This document shows positions 1 to 9,028 of a stretch of DNA of 22,312 nucleotides, piece after piece (positions within the stretch are counted from its first letter, which is position 1; each line of letters starts with the position of its first letter). The notes beneath the pieces are model-generated. The model was not told the DNA's origin, did not search any database, and saw nothing but the letters and a program-made list of their open reading frames with translations. Source of the stretch: a virus; IMG/VR virus record IMGVR_UViG_3300038809_000021, positions 71,782 through 94,093 of that record; one strand, given 5' to 3'. The position numbers and the translations under genes are program-made.

Positions 1-19
1 TTCGATCCGGGTAGCGACG

Positions 20-586
20 ATGAAGGCTTCGATTCTGATAGCCACCCTGAGAGAAATCTCGGAGCCGGACGTGCAGATCACCGAAGAAGCACAGCAAGCC
101 TACGCAGATGCAGAGGACTGGCTGTGCCGGCGGATGAACGTGATCTTCCATCAGATTCGCGGCATGGGTTATCAGCCGCAGCTCTTCAAGAAAACGATTG
201 CCTGCTACATGGAAGGCAATCGTGATCCGATGATGGGCAAGGGCAAGGACTTCGTGTTCGTGCCCATGTGTGCAACCTACATTGGCGACGAGCGTGTGTA
301 TCTGTTTCGCACAATGCCCGAAGGACCAGCGAAAGCAGGCGCAATGTGGGGAATGAACAACAGCGGTGCCATCGGCTACACACGCGAGTATCTGAATCGT
401 GTGTCGCCGGAACTGGCCAACTACATCGCCAAGCTTGAGAACAAGGCGATGCAGGATGAATCAGTGCGTGAAAGCTTCACCCGGCTCGGGGCGATTCTTC
501 GTCCCAAGCAGTTCAAAGAAGAGCAGATCGCCGAGCGTGCAAAGGCGTATGCAGACAAGGGCGACGAGTTCGGTGGATGGGCGTGA
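20..586 (+). CDS. Hypothetical protein with C-terminal FGGWA tag; may be 5'-truncated
   Basis: 188-aa ORF with phage-like codon usage. The frame stays open to the window edge (SIRVAT upstream of the ATG), so the true start may lie outside the window. Ends ...KGDEFGGWA*. Confidence 0.8.
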   Translation: MKASILIATLREISEPDVQITEEAQQAYADAEDWLCRRMNVIFHQIRGMGYQPQLFKKTIACYMEGNRDPMMGKGKDFVFVPMCATYIGDERVYLFRTMPEGPAKAGAMWGMNNSGAIGYTREYLNRVSPELANYIAKLENKAMQDESVRESFTRLGAILRPKQFKEEQIAERAKAYADKGDEFGGWA

Positions 587-1500
587 GCATGAACTACAGC
601 AACTTCAAGGAGTACCTGAACCAACTCGGCACAGACGTGCGCGGGTTTGGGAACATGCTCAACAATCCCGAGCAAGAGGTTGACCCTGACACCGGCGAGC
701 AAAGCTGGAAGCTGCTGAACCCGATGATCAATGACCTGGTGGATGGCAGATCACCAGGCGTGATCGAGGACTTCTACGTCTGGCTGCACACCGCTGCGCG
801 TGAGCTGAGCAACGACGCGAAGTACGCCATCGAAACCATCGACGAGACAAGCCCGGAAGCAACTGATGTCCGGGCGATCGCTGAGCTTGCAGAGCAGGTG
901 AAGACGCTCAACGAACTCGTGACCAACTACGGACAGCGCCTGGCGAAAGCGAAGCCCTGGACGAAGATGCTGGGTTCGACGATGGAGGTATATCGCTTCT
1001 GGAACGACAGAAGCGGTGCCAATCACGGTACGCCAGAGAAGCGTGGCATGGAGCCGCGCAAACTGCCGACCGCCAGCGTCAAGATCGTGGTCATCGAAGA
1101 CGACAACGGCAACAGCCGGGCCGCTATCTCCTGTTCCGACAATCACTATCGTCGGGACGAGAGCATTCCGGGTGCGCCTGACATCGGTCAAGCGTTCGTC
1201 TTCGACGTGTCCAAGATGATCGCTGGCTATCTCGGTAGCACGAGCGGCGGTCGAGTTCGAGCCAGGACAATGGGTGTCGCAACCATGTCCCGCGAAGACT
1301 ACGTACTGGAGACGATGCAGCTTTCCAAGTTGCTGGTGCATGGCATCGCTGACATGGCAGAGACGATGCACAAACACGGGTATCTGGTCGACACCGATAA
1401 CCTTTACATGCTGCGCGATGTCGCGCCCTATAAACCAGGCAAAGGCGTTCTCCCCGAAGAGAACCCGGATGCCATCATTGAAATCGGATCGTGGTCATGA
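577..1500 (+). CDS. Hypothetical protein with C-terminal IGSWS tag
   Basis: About 305-aa ORF overlapping the upstream stop; alternative starts are GTG 583 and ATG 589. Ends ...IIEIGSWS*. Confidence 0.8.
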   Translation: MGVSMNYSNFKEYLNQLGTDVRGFGNMLNNPEQEVDPDTGEQSWKLLNPMINDLVDGRSPGVIEDFYVWLHTAARELSNDAKYAIETIDETSPEATDVRAIAELAEQVKTLNELVTNYGQRLAKAKPWTKMLGSTMEVYRFWNDRSGANHGTPEKRGMEPRKLPTASVKIVVIEDDNGNSRAAISCSDNHYRRDESIPGAPDIGQAFVFDVSKMIAGYLGSTSGGRVRARTMGVATMSREDYVLETMQLSKLLVHGIADMAETMHKHGYLVDTDNLYMLRDVAPYKPGKGVLPEENPDAIIEIGSWS

Positions 1501-2039
1501 ACAAGAAGCCAGAACGCTGGACGACAATCGTCGGCTATCCCAAATACGAGGTGTCGGATCATGGCCGGGTTCGGTCTTTGGTTCACTTCGACCTCCACGG
1601 AGTCCCAAGACTGCTTTCCTTGGTGCCGTGCAGCAAGAAAAAGGGTGTCGCCAAGTATCTGATGGTGGGCCTCGTGCGCAACGGCATGAAAGAGAGCCGG
1701 ATGATTCACCGTCTGGTCCTGGAACACTTCGTCGGGCCACCGCCGACCCCGAAACACCAGGGCGCGCACAACGACGGCAACGGCTTCAACAACTACTGGG
1801 AGAACCTGCGCTGGGCAACCCAGACCGAGAACGAGAAGGACAAGATCGCACACGGGACAGTGGCGACCGGCGTGACTCACGGGAAATCTGTTTTGACCGA
1901 AGAGCAGGTCAGGGAGATACTGAGCGTCACAAAGTGGGAACGTGGGATGGTCAACGACTTCGCTGCCAAGTTCGGGGTGAAGCCAGGGGCCATATCTAAA
2001 ATCAAGACGGGTATCCGTTGGAAGAGCCTAAAACTATGA
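1497..2039 (+). CDS. NUMOD4-HNH homing endonuclease with C-terminal HTH
   Basis: NUMOD4-like WTTIVGYPKYEVSDHGRVRS, HNH_3-like HRLVLEHF...HNDGNGFNNYWENLRW, and HTH-like LTEEQVREI...AKFGV...ISKIKTG. Start taken at the ATGA overlap (1497). Confidence 0.9.
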   Translation: MNKKPERWTTIVGYPKYEVSDHGRVRSLVHFDLHGVPRLLSLVPCSKKKGVAKYLMVGLVRNGMKESRMIHRLVLEHFVGPPPTPKHQGAHNDGNGFNNYWENLRWATQTENEKDKIAHGTVATGVTHGKSVLTEEQVREILSVTKWERGMVNDFAAKFGVKPGAISKIKTGIRWKSLKL

Positions 2040-2560
2040 GCTGGGCAACGATCCCCAGGTTTCCTGATTATCTGATCAGCGACAATGGCGAAATCATGTC
2101 CTATAAGTCGCGCAACGGGAGAGGCCCGGCGTCTCTCGTTGGCAGATTGAAGAAGCCTACGAAGGTCAAAGGCAAGAAGTATTTTCAGGTTGCTCTAATT
2201 GATGTCACTGGCACCAAGATTTTTCGCAAGGTTCATTTGCTCGTGCTGGAAGCATTCGTTGGACCGTGCCCGCCTGGGATGGAAGGCTGTCATGATGACG
2301 GTGATGCAGCGAACAACAAGCTTTCCAACTTGCGCTGGGATACGCACAAGAACAACATTGAAGATCAAGTGAAGCACGGTACACGTCGTCGCGGCACTGA
2401 CATTGGAATATCGGTGCTGACAGAAGATCAAGTTCGAGAAATCAAAGCTGCGCTTCCAGGCTGGAAGCATGGCACTGGCAGATTCTTTGCCAGAAAATTC
2501 GGCGTTGGAGACAACGCTATTCACTCGGTGAAGACCGGCAAAACGTGGAGTCATGTATGA
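2036..2560 (+). CDS. NUMOD4-HNH homing endonuclease with C-terminal HTH (second tandem copy)
   Basis: WATIPRFPDYLISDNGEI, VHLLVLEAFVGPCP...CHDDGDAANNKLSNLRWDT, LTEDQVREI...RKFGV. ATGA overlap start at 2036. Confidence 0.9.
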   Translation: MSWATIPRFPDYLISDNGEIMSYKSRNGRGPASLVGRLKKPTKVKGKKYFQVALIDVTGTKIFRKVHLLVLEAFVGPCPPGMEGCHDDGDAANNKLSNLRWDTHKNNIEDQVKHGTRRRGTDIGISVLTEDQVREIKAALPGWKHGTGRFFARKFGVGDNAIHSVKTGKTWSHV

Positions 2561-3126
2561 GCGTTATTCAAATTTTGGGTCTGGACCCTTCGTTGAGAAA
2601 TTTTGGCCTTGCCAAAGGCGAGCTGAACCTGGAAACCCTGGAGTGGACCATCGGCAGTGTCGAGCTGGTCAAGACAGAGAAGGGCAAGTCCAAGACCGTG
2701 CGCAAGAACAGCGACGACTTCGATCGCTGCCGGATTCTGTACGAAGGCATGAAAGAGGCCGAGAAGGGCGCACAGATGGCGTTCGTTGAAATGCCGGTCG
2801 GTAGTCAGAGTGCAGCCGCAATGCTCTCATACGGCGCCTGCATCGCTCTGATCGCAGCTCTGGACATCCCGGTCATTCAAGTGACCCCAAGTCAGGTCAA
2901 GCAGCATGCAACCGGCGACAAGCATGCGACGAAAGAAGAAATGATCGTGTGGGCTACCAAGAAATTCCCCGACGCGAACTGGCTGCGCCAAGGTCAACGC
3001 TTCATCGCTGCGAACGAACACCTCGCAGACGCATGCGGTGCAGTGAACGCCGGTCTCCAGACTGACGACTTCAAGGCACTGCAAGTCATGATGAAGCGCA
3101 TGACTGCCTCGCTAAAAGCGAATTGA
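2557..3126 (+). CDS. ruvC: RuvC-like Holliday junction resolvase
   Basis: RNase H-fold motifs ILGLDPSLRNFG, FVEMP, VTPSQVK...ATKEEM and EHLADA. ATGA overlap start at 2557. Confidence 0.85.
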   Translation: MSVIQILGLDPSLRNFGLAKGELNLETLEWTIGSVELVKTEKGKSKTVRKNSDDFDRCRILYEGMKEAEKGAQMAFVEMPVGSQSAAAMLSYGACIALIAALDIPVIQVTPSQVKQHATGDKHATKEEMIVWATKKFPDANWLRQGQRFIAANEHLADACGAVNAGLQTDDFKALQVMMKRMTASLKAN

Positions 3127-3159
3127 CCGATTACAATCCCGCACCCTGAGAAATACAAT
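3127..3159 (+). promoter_or_regulatory. Putative nrdA promoter (variant of the CC-N8-CC-N13-YAnnnT element)
   Basis: CCC at 3138-3140, then 13 nt, then TACAAT at 3154-3159. The upstream CC is shifted by 2 nt (3127-3128). Confidence 0.55.
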
Positions 3160-3200
3160 GGGTTGTGTTCACAGCCCATTTTCAATACTACATCTACGAA
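3153..3200 (+). promoter_or_regulatory. Tandem NrdR-box-like operators
   Basis: ATACAATGGGTTGTGT (3153-3168; 12/16 match to ACACWATATATWGTGT) and ATACTACATCTACGAA (3185-3200; 9/16), starting 32 bp apart directly upstream of nrdA. Confidence 0.5.
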
Positions 3201-3212
3201 GGACATTACCCC

Positions 3213-5477
3213 ATGCAGGTCGTCAAATCTGATGGCACCCGGCAAGACCTCGACATTTCCAAAATTCAGAAGCACGGAGCCTGGGCTTGCGAAGGGCTGA
3301 ACGTCAGCCAGTCCGAGTTCGAATGCAACATGCACCTCCAGTTCTTCGATGGCATGTCCACGAGCAACATCGCAGACGCACAGATTCAGACCGCAGCAAG
3401 CATGATCAGCCTCAAGAACCCGGACTACGACAAGGTTGCCGCCAAGTTCGTGATCCAGAAAATCTACAAGCAAGCAACCGGCGGGGGCATCGATTACCCT
3501 CACCTCTCTGTCACGCTGGGCAAAGGCGTTGGCTTCGGTCAGATCGACCCACGTCTGACTGACGGCCGCTTCAACCTCGACGTGCTGTCCGCAGCAATCG
3601 AGCCACAGCGCGACTTCATGTTCGGCTACCTGGGCATTCAAACCCTCGCTGACCGCTATCTTCTGACTGAACCGCTGACCACCGGCGGCACGAAGAAAAT
3701 CTACGAAATGCCGCAGCATCTGCTGATGCGCGTGGCAATGGGCTTGTCGATCAACGAAGACCGCCCGACCGAACGTGCCATCGAGTTCTACGATGTCATG
3801 AGTGAGCAAGAATACTTCCCATCTACGCCGACCCTGTTCAACTCGGGCACAACACGGCCGCAGATGTCGTCCTGCTACCTGGGCTTCGTACCCGATGACC
3901 TGAAAGACATCTTCGACTACGGCATCACCAAGAACGCGCTGCTGAGCAAGTTCGCAGGTGGTATCGGTACCGACTGGACTTCTGTGCGCGCCAACGGCAG
4001 CGTGATCAAGTCTACCAACGGTGTCAGCAAGGGCGTCGTCCCGTTTCTCAAGATTTTCAACGACACCGCAGTGGCTGTGAACCAGGGCGGCAAGCGCAAG
4101 GGCAGCTTCGCACCGTACCTCGAAATCTGGCACGCGGACTTCTTCGACTTCGCAGACTTGCGCTTGCAGACCGGCGACGACTACATGCGTACCCCGGACA
4201 TTCACCCGGCGTCGTGGATTCCTGACCTGTTCATGGAGCGCAAGCAAGCCGGCCTGGATTGGAGCTTCTTCTGCCCGAGCGATGTTCCTGACCTGCATGA
4301 CCTGCACGGCAAGGCTTTCGAGAAGGCATACGTCAAAGCCGAGAAGGCTGGCCTGGCTCGCAAGACTGTTCCGGCAATGGACGTCTGGAAGTACCTGCTC
4401 GACAAGCTCGTTCGCACCGGCTACCCCTGGATCAACTTCAAGGACGAGTGCAACCGCCGCAACCCGCAGTCTCACGTCGGCGTGATCCACAACAGCAACC
4501 TCTGCACTGAAATCACCCTGAACAACAGCCGCGATGAAATCGCAGTCTGCAACCTGGGCTCGATCATTCTGCCGAACATCAAAGGCAGCCAGCACATGAA
4601 GCGCGTGGTCAGCACCGCTATTCGCATGCTGGACAACGTGATCGATCTGAACCTGTACCCGGTCCCGGAAGCAGAGCGCAGCAACATGCGTCACCGCCCA
4701 ATCGGTCTGGGTGTGATGGGCTACCAGGAAATGATGGTTCAGAAAGACATCGCCTGGGACAGCCAAGATCACTTGCAGTTTGCGGACGAGCTGTTCGAAG
4801 AAATCTCCTACTACGCCATTCAGGCGTCGATGGAGCTGGCCAAAGTACGCGGTGCCTACGAAAGCTTCCCAGGTTCCAAGTGGAGCATGGGTCAGTTGCC
4901 GATTCACCACGCTCGTGATCAGAAGTGCAACGTGTTCGCCCGCATGGAGTGGGACATCCTGGGTGAAGAAGTCGCCAAGAATGGTATCCGCAACAGCAAC
5001 CTGATGGCGATCGCACCGACTGCCACCATCGCGAACATCATCGGCACGACTGAGTGCATTCAGCCGATCAACGAACGCGCCGTGATCAAAGAGAATCTGT
5101 CCGGCAACTTCACCTGGATCAACTCGCTTGAGAAGTACGGCAAGCCTGATCTGGTCAAGACGGTGTGGGAAATCGATCAGGTCTACAGCATCAAGGCCGC
5201 AGCGCGTCGTCAGAAGTGGATTTGCCAGTCGCAGTCGCTGAACATCTATCGCAAGAAGGAACACACCGGTCGCATCCTCGATCAGTGGTACACCCTTGCA
5301 TGGGAGCTGGGCGTCAAGACCACCTACTACCTCCGCAACCACAAGGAAGACGAAGCAGCCAAGTACCCGAAGCCAGACATGAACGTGCCGATCAAACTGC
5401 CGGTTGAACCGACCGTCTTCGATCAGCAGATCGCCGGCAACCAGGACGAAGCGTTTGTCTGCGAGGCTTGCCAGTAA
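3213..5477 (+). CDS. nrdA: Ribonucleoside-diphosphate reductase class Ia, alpha subunit
   Basis: N-terminal ATP cone (MQVVKSDG...), PSTPTLFNSGT, MSSCYL, NSNLCTEI (radical Cys), VCNLGSI, APTAT, KTTYYLR and C-terminal CEACQ. SD-like GAAGGA before ATG 3213. Confidence 0.97.
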   Translation: MQVVKSDGTRQDLDISKIQKHGAWACEGLNVSQSEFECNMHLQFFDGMSTSNIADAQIQTAASMISLKNPDYDKVAAKFVIQKIYKQATGGGIDYPHLSVTLGKGVGFGQIDPRLTDGRFNLDVLSAAIEPQRDFMFGYLGIQTLADRYLLTEPLTTGGTKKIYEMPQHLLMRVAMGLSINEDRPTERAIEFYDVMSEQEYFPSTPTLFNSGTTRPQMSSCYLGFVPDDLKDIFDYGITKNALLSKFAGGIGTDWTSVRANGSVIKSTNGVSKGVVPFLKIFNDTAVAVNQGGKRKGSFAPYLEIWHADFFDFADLRLQTGDDYMRTPDIHPASWIPDLFMERKQAGLDWSFFCPSDVPDLHDLHGKAFEKAYVKAEKAGLARKTVPAMDVWKYLLDKLVRTGYPWINFKDECNRRNPQSHVGVIHNSNLCTEITLNNSRDEIAVCNLGSIILPNIKGSQHMKRVVSTAIRMLDNVIDLNLYPVPEAERSNMRHRPIGLGVMGYQEMMVQKDIAWDSQDHLQFADELFEEISYYAIQASMELAKVRGAYESFPGSKWSMGQLPIHHARDQKCNVFARMEWDILGEEVAKNGIRNSNLMAIAPTATIANIIGTTECIQPINERAVIKENLSGNFTWINSLEKYGKPDLVKTVWEIDQVYSIKAAARRQKWICQSQSLNIYRKKEHTGRILDQWYTLAWELGVKTTYYLRNHKEDEAAKYPKPDMNVPIKLPVEPTVFDQQIAGNQDEAFVCEACQ

Positions 5478-5491
5478 ATCCTCACGCTGAC

Positions 5492-5522
5492 CCATGATGT
5501 CCCACACTTCGAGCGCTATTAT
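5492..5522 (+). promoter_or_regulatory. Putative phage promoter CC-N8-CC-N13-TATTAT
   Basis: CC atgatgtc CC acacttcgagcgc TATTAT. Confidence 0.6.
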
Positions 5523-5539
5523 TAGCGCTCGAATTCTTT
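5508..5539 (+). terminator. Intrinsic terminator-like hairpin after nrdA
   Basis: Perfect 11-bp stem TTCGAGCGCTA/TAGCGCTCGAA with a 4-nt loop, followed by TTCTTT. Confidence 0.6.
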
Positions 5540-5563
5540 CAAACACACGCAGCGAGACAAACG

Positions 5564-6487
5564 ATGTCCGAAGATAAGAAAGACGGCTTGCACTTCCGAC
5601 TTGAAGCGCATCAGGTGGACGAGAAGCTGGAAAGCGAAGAGTCCTGCTTTATGAAGCTCGATCGCCTGGGCGACCTTCTGAACAGTCCCGGCTCCATTCA
5701 GTACGAAATCTTGCAGAGCGCGAAGTACGGCCCGGTCGTCAAAGAAGCCACCAACAAGATGCTTCACGCAGCAGTTGATGGCGTCAACTTCGACACCGAT
5801 CCTGACCCGGCTTGCATCGAAGCAATGCACGAGCAAGTGGGCAAGGTCACAGCAGCCTACCTGGGCTTTGTCACCGAAGAAATCGGCCTGGCTTGCGTAG
5901 CAATGCAGGTGCTGGGCATGAAGAATTTGATCCAGTCCGTCGAAAGCTTCGACAAAGCCACCGGCGTGACGCCCGAGATTGCAGAGCGCCTGAAAGCAGC
6001 GCTTGCGAAGAACGGCAAGAACGACCAAATGCTGGCAGCGAAACCGCACCCAGCGTTCGGCAAGATCATGGCGGGCTGTCACCTGGCCGGCGGGTCGCAA
6101 GAAGCGTTTGCACACCGTCAAGCGTCAGTTCTGCACCGCATGCCCGATGTTGTGCGCAACAACCCCAACACGAGCGTCCCTACGCAGATTTGCGGGGCGA
6201 TCATGGAAATGATTAGCGAGCGTGCGATCACTTCCCAAATGATGCTGGGCATCACCATAGGGGTTCTCCAGTCGGTGCTTGCAGCGAAGCGTTTCACAGC
6301 ACTGCCGTTGATTGCGGACTGGCAGGCGCCGGTACCGCATATCGCGAAGAACATCCTGCTGATGGCTGAGCGTGTGATTCTCGACAAGGTGGACATGAAG
6401 AAAATGTCCAAGCACGTCGCAGATGATGCCATCGAGAAGATGATGAGCGCTGCAAGCCAGCAGCCGGGCAACGAGACCAAACACTGA
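5564..6487 (+). CDS. Hypothetical protein (helical)
   Basis: 307-aa ORF with matching codon usage; stop overlaps the next ATG. Confidence 0.8.
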   Translation: MSEDKKDGLHFRLEAHQVDEKLESEESCFMKLDRLGDLLNSPGSIQYEILQSAKYGPVVKEATNKMLHAAVDGVNFDTDPDPACIEAMHEQVGKVTAAYLGFVTEEIGLACVAMQVLGMKNLIQSVESFDKATGVTPEIAERLKAALAKNGKNDQMLAAKPHPAFGKIMAGCHLAGGSQEAFAHRQASVLHRMPDVVRNNPNTSVPTQICGAIMEMISERAITSQMMLGITIGVLQSVLAAKRFTALPLIADWQAPVPHIAKNILLMAERVILDKVDMKKMSKHVADDAIEKMMSAASQQPGNETKH

Positions 6488-7005
6488 TGAACAGCAAGCA
6501 GCGGAAACAAGCCGACAAGCTTCGTGCCGCTGCTTTGGACGGTCTTGAGTCCAAGCAGCAGGCAGTAGCTCTGGAAATTGAACGCCTTCAAGAGCTTCGC
6601 AAGGAGCAGGAGTGGTACGAGAAGGGCAGAACCGCAGCGGCTGACGTCGAGCGCAACGAGCGGGCACTCATGCGCCTGGAGCAGCACAAGACGCTGGCTC
6701 AGGAAGCAGAAGAGATTCATGGTCAAGCAACGACCGTTGCCGGTCTCTTCGCAGAGGTTGAAGTTCGGGAAGCTGAGCTTGAGCGTCGTCAGGAAATGCA
6801 CAAAGAAAACGTGGCGTCAGCAGCAGGTCAACTGGCCCAGCAACAGAAAGACCTTGATGCCCGCACAGTGCTGATCGAAATGGCCAACAAGCCGGTCAAG
6901 GAAACCATCAACGAGATTCTGATGCTGCTCGAACTGGAAGAGACGCCGGAAGAAATCGCGAAGATGGTTCGCAAGAAGCACAATATCCTGGAGCCGAAAT
7001 GGTAA
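6487..7005 (+). CDS. Coiled-coil protein with a conserved 43-aa C-terminal domain (paralog A)
   Basis: E/Q/A/R-rich helical body; last 43 aa align without gaps to those of the next gene. Confidence 0.8.
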   Translation: MNSKQRKQADKLRAAALDGLESKQQAVALEIERLQELRKEQEWYEKGRTAAADVERNERALMRLEQHKTLAQEAEEIHGQATTVAGLFAEVEVREAELERRQEMHKENVASAAGQLAQQQKDLDARTVLIEMANKPVKETINEILMLLELEETPEEIAKMVRKKHNILEPKW

Positions 7006-7400
7006 AGCCTCCTTTTGACCCGAGCGACCTCAAAACTCTGGCGCGTGCGCTGGAAGAAATCGAAGAGGTCACTAAAAAGGCCGCAGAAGCAGTGCGGTCT
7101 GCCTCTGATTACTGCGAAGAGGGTGAGGGTCACTACGACACCGGCGAAGAGTTCCGCAAAGAAGCCAAAGAGCTGCTGGACGAAGTAGAGCGCCGGGAGG
7201 CAGCGCTGGAAGAGAACCGTCGCTCTGTCGAACGTGACATCATCCGGGCAGAGGGTATGCTCGCCAAGATTGACCTCGCAAACAAGCCGGTGATCACCTT
7301 GCTCAACGATGTGCTGATGGCACTGGAGCTGGATGAATCGCCGGCAACAATCGCTGCGGAAATCCGCAGACAACACGCCTATCTCGACGCGAAATGGTGA
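6999..7400 (+). CDS. Coiled-coil protein with a conserved 43-aa C-terminal domain (paralog B)
   Basis: C-terminus IDLANKPVITLLNDVLMALELDESP...LDAKW matches paralog A at 21 of 43 positions. Confidence 0.8.
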   Translation: MVKPPFDPSDLKTLARALEEIEEVTKKAAEAVRSASDYCEEGEGHYDTGEEFRKEAKELLDEVERREAALEENRRSVERDIIRAEGMLAKIDLANKPVITLLNDVLMALELDESPATIAAEIRRQHAYLDAKW

Positions 7401-7403
7401 TCT

Positions 7404-7976
7404 ATGAAAATTGAAGAACCCCGCAAGCTTCTCACGCTGCAAAGCACCGGCGACGATGGTCGTCTTGAGGTTCGCTACGACACAATGGGCGAGCCGTTCC
7501 GTGAGGGCATCAGCCTGTCGCTTGAGCGCCCGAGCTACGATCAGTCGGCCAGCGTATTCATCGAAGGCTGGGAAGTTCGTGCGCTGCGTGACCTGCTGAA
7601 CAACATCGTGCCGGCCGGTCTGATCATGTCGAAAGACGCTTCCATCCTGACCACCATCGCAGATAAACTGGCCGCCGGTGTCGTGATCGAAGAAGCTGAT
7701 CGATCCTTCGCCGCGCAGAAAGTCCGCGACACCATCCCAATTCTAGATATGGCTGATGCCTACGCAGGCTCCCAGGAAGAGGTAGCCATCTGGAAAAAGC
7801 GTGCGCTCGAAGCAGAAGAAGTAATCCGTGAGCTGCCGACCGTTGAAATGGTTGTGCTGCAAGCGCAGAAGTACCGCCGGGCAACTCCTGAGAACCTGCC
7901 CAGCGAAGAAGCCGACCTCAAACACATGCTCGATGGTCTACCAACCGACATCGTGCCCGTAGTCAAGGAACAGTAA
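7404..7976 (+). CDS. Hypothetical protein
   Basis: 190-aa ORF; TAATG overlap with the nrdB start. Confidence 0.75.
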   Translation: MKIEEPRKLLTLQSTGDDGRLEVRYDTMGEPFREGISLSLERPSYDQSASVFIEGWEVRALRDLLNNIVPAGLIMSKDASILTTIADKLAAGVVIEEADRSFAAQKVRDTIPILDMADAYAGSQEEVAIWKKRALEAEEVIRELPTVEMVVLQAQKYRRATPENLPSEEADLKHMLDGLPTDIVPVVKEQ

Positions 7977-9022
7977 TGTCCAGCGCCATTATCACTCTCG
8001 ATCAACTGCCACCCGCAGAACGTCTTCGCTTCATCAGCCTGGCAGAACGTCGCATCATCGACGGCCCGCAGGACAAGCTGATGCAGATCAGCCCGGCCAA
8101 GTACCGCGAGCCGCTCGATATTCTCGACAAGGCTCTGCGTGACGACTGGAAACACTGGCACGTCAATCTGACCCAGGACCTGGCCGACTACCGCGAGCTG
8201 ATCAAGCAAGACCCCAAAGCTGCGACCGCCATTCAATGGGACTTGGGCTTCTTGTCCAACCTCGACGGCATCCAGCTCTGCACCCTGGCCAACAGCATCG
8301 GCCGCTACATCACCGCTCCTGAGTACCGGATGGCGATCGTTCGTCAGACCTACGAGGAAGAGGTTCACGTTCTGACCTACGACCGCATGATCACGTCGCT
8401 GGAAATGGACCCAATCGAAACCTATAACCTGTTCATGACTGACGAGCTGTTGCGCGCCAAGAACGAGCATATTATTCGAATGGCTGAAATCCTCGGCGAC
8501 GATTACTCGGGCGAGAACTTCGTCCGTGCAATTGCGGCGAACCAGGCTTTGGAAGGCATCTACTTCCAGTTCGGCTTCAAGCTGTTCTACGTGATCCACA
8601 AGCGCGGCAAGATGGGCGGCTGCGCCACCAACATCCGCTACATCCAGCGCGACGAAGCGTCACACCTGCGGTTGTTCAACAGCATGTGGCGTGGCGTGAA
8701 AGCTGAGCGCCCTGAACTGTTCACACCGACCGTGATCAACGACTGCCGTCAGGCTCTGATCGAAGCAGCCCGGATGGAAGTCGTTTGGGCCAAGCACATG
8801 ATCCAGGGCGGCATGCTGGGTCTGACCAACGACATCGCAGAAGGCACGATTCTGTTCGGCGCCAACGAGGTTGCAGCGAGCGTCGGTCTTGAGCCGCTGT
8901 TCCCAGAAGTGACACGCGATCCAATGGCCTGGACGAAGGACTACCTGAAAGAGAACGGCATCGAAACGAACTTCTTCGAAGCTAAGGTGCTCGAATATGA
9001 AGATAAAGCGTTAGAGTGGTAG
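7976..9022 (+). CDS. nrdB: Ribonucleoside-diphosphate reductase class Ia, beta subunit
   Basis: Metal ligands LSNLDGIQ, YEEEVH, LEGIYF and RDEASH; radical Tyr in HVLTY; C-terminal NFFEAKVLEY. Confidence 0.95.
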   Translation: MSSAIITLDQLPPAERLRFISLAERRIIDGPQDKLMQISPAKYREPLDILDKALRDDWKHWHVNLTQDLADYRELIKQDPKAATAIQWDLGFLSNLDGIQLCTLANSIGRYITAPEYRMAIVRQTYEEEVHVLTYDRMITSLEMDPIETYNLFMTDELLRAKNEHIIRMAEILGDDYSGENFVRAIAANQALEGIYFQFGFKLFYVIHKRGKMGGCATNIRYIQRDEASHLRLFNSMWRGVKAERPELFTPTVINDCRQALIEAARMEVVWAKHMIQGGMLGLTNDIAEGTILFGANEVAASVGLEPLFPEVTRDPMAWTKDYLKENGIETNFFEAKVLEYEDKALEW

Positions 9023-9028
9023 CAGAAA

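Noticed and set aside
3165-3212. Upstream extensions in the ORF track (nrdA from 3165; likewise 13482, 13897, 15099, 19276, 19981)
   Set aside because: They overlap regulatory elements or upstream genes; downstream starts with an SD or a stop-start overlap fit better.
2994-5546. 850-aa minus-strand ORF
   Set aside because: It is the antisense shadow of nrdA, expected from biased codon usage in GC-rich genes, and shows no recognisable motifs.
7976-9022. NrdB as class Ic or metal-free class Ie
   Set aside because: The first ligand is Asp, all carboxylate and His ligands are present, and the radical Tyr is retained.
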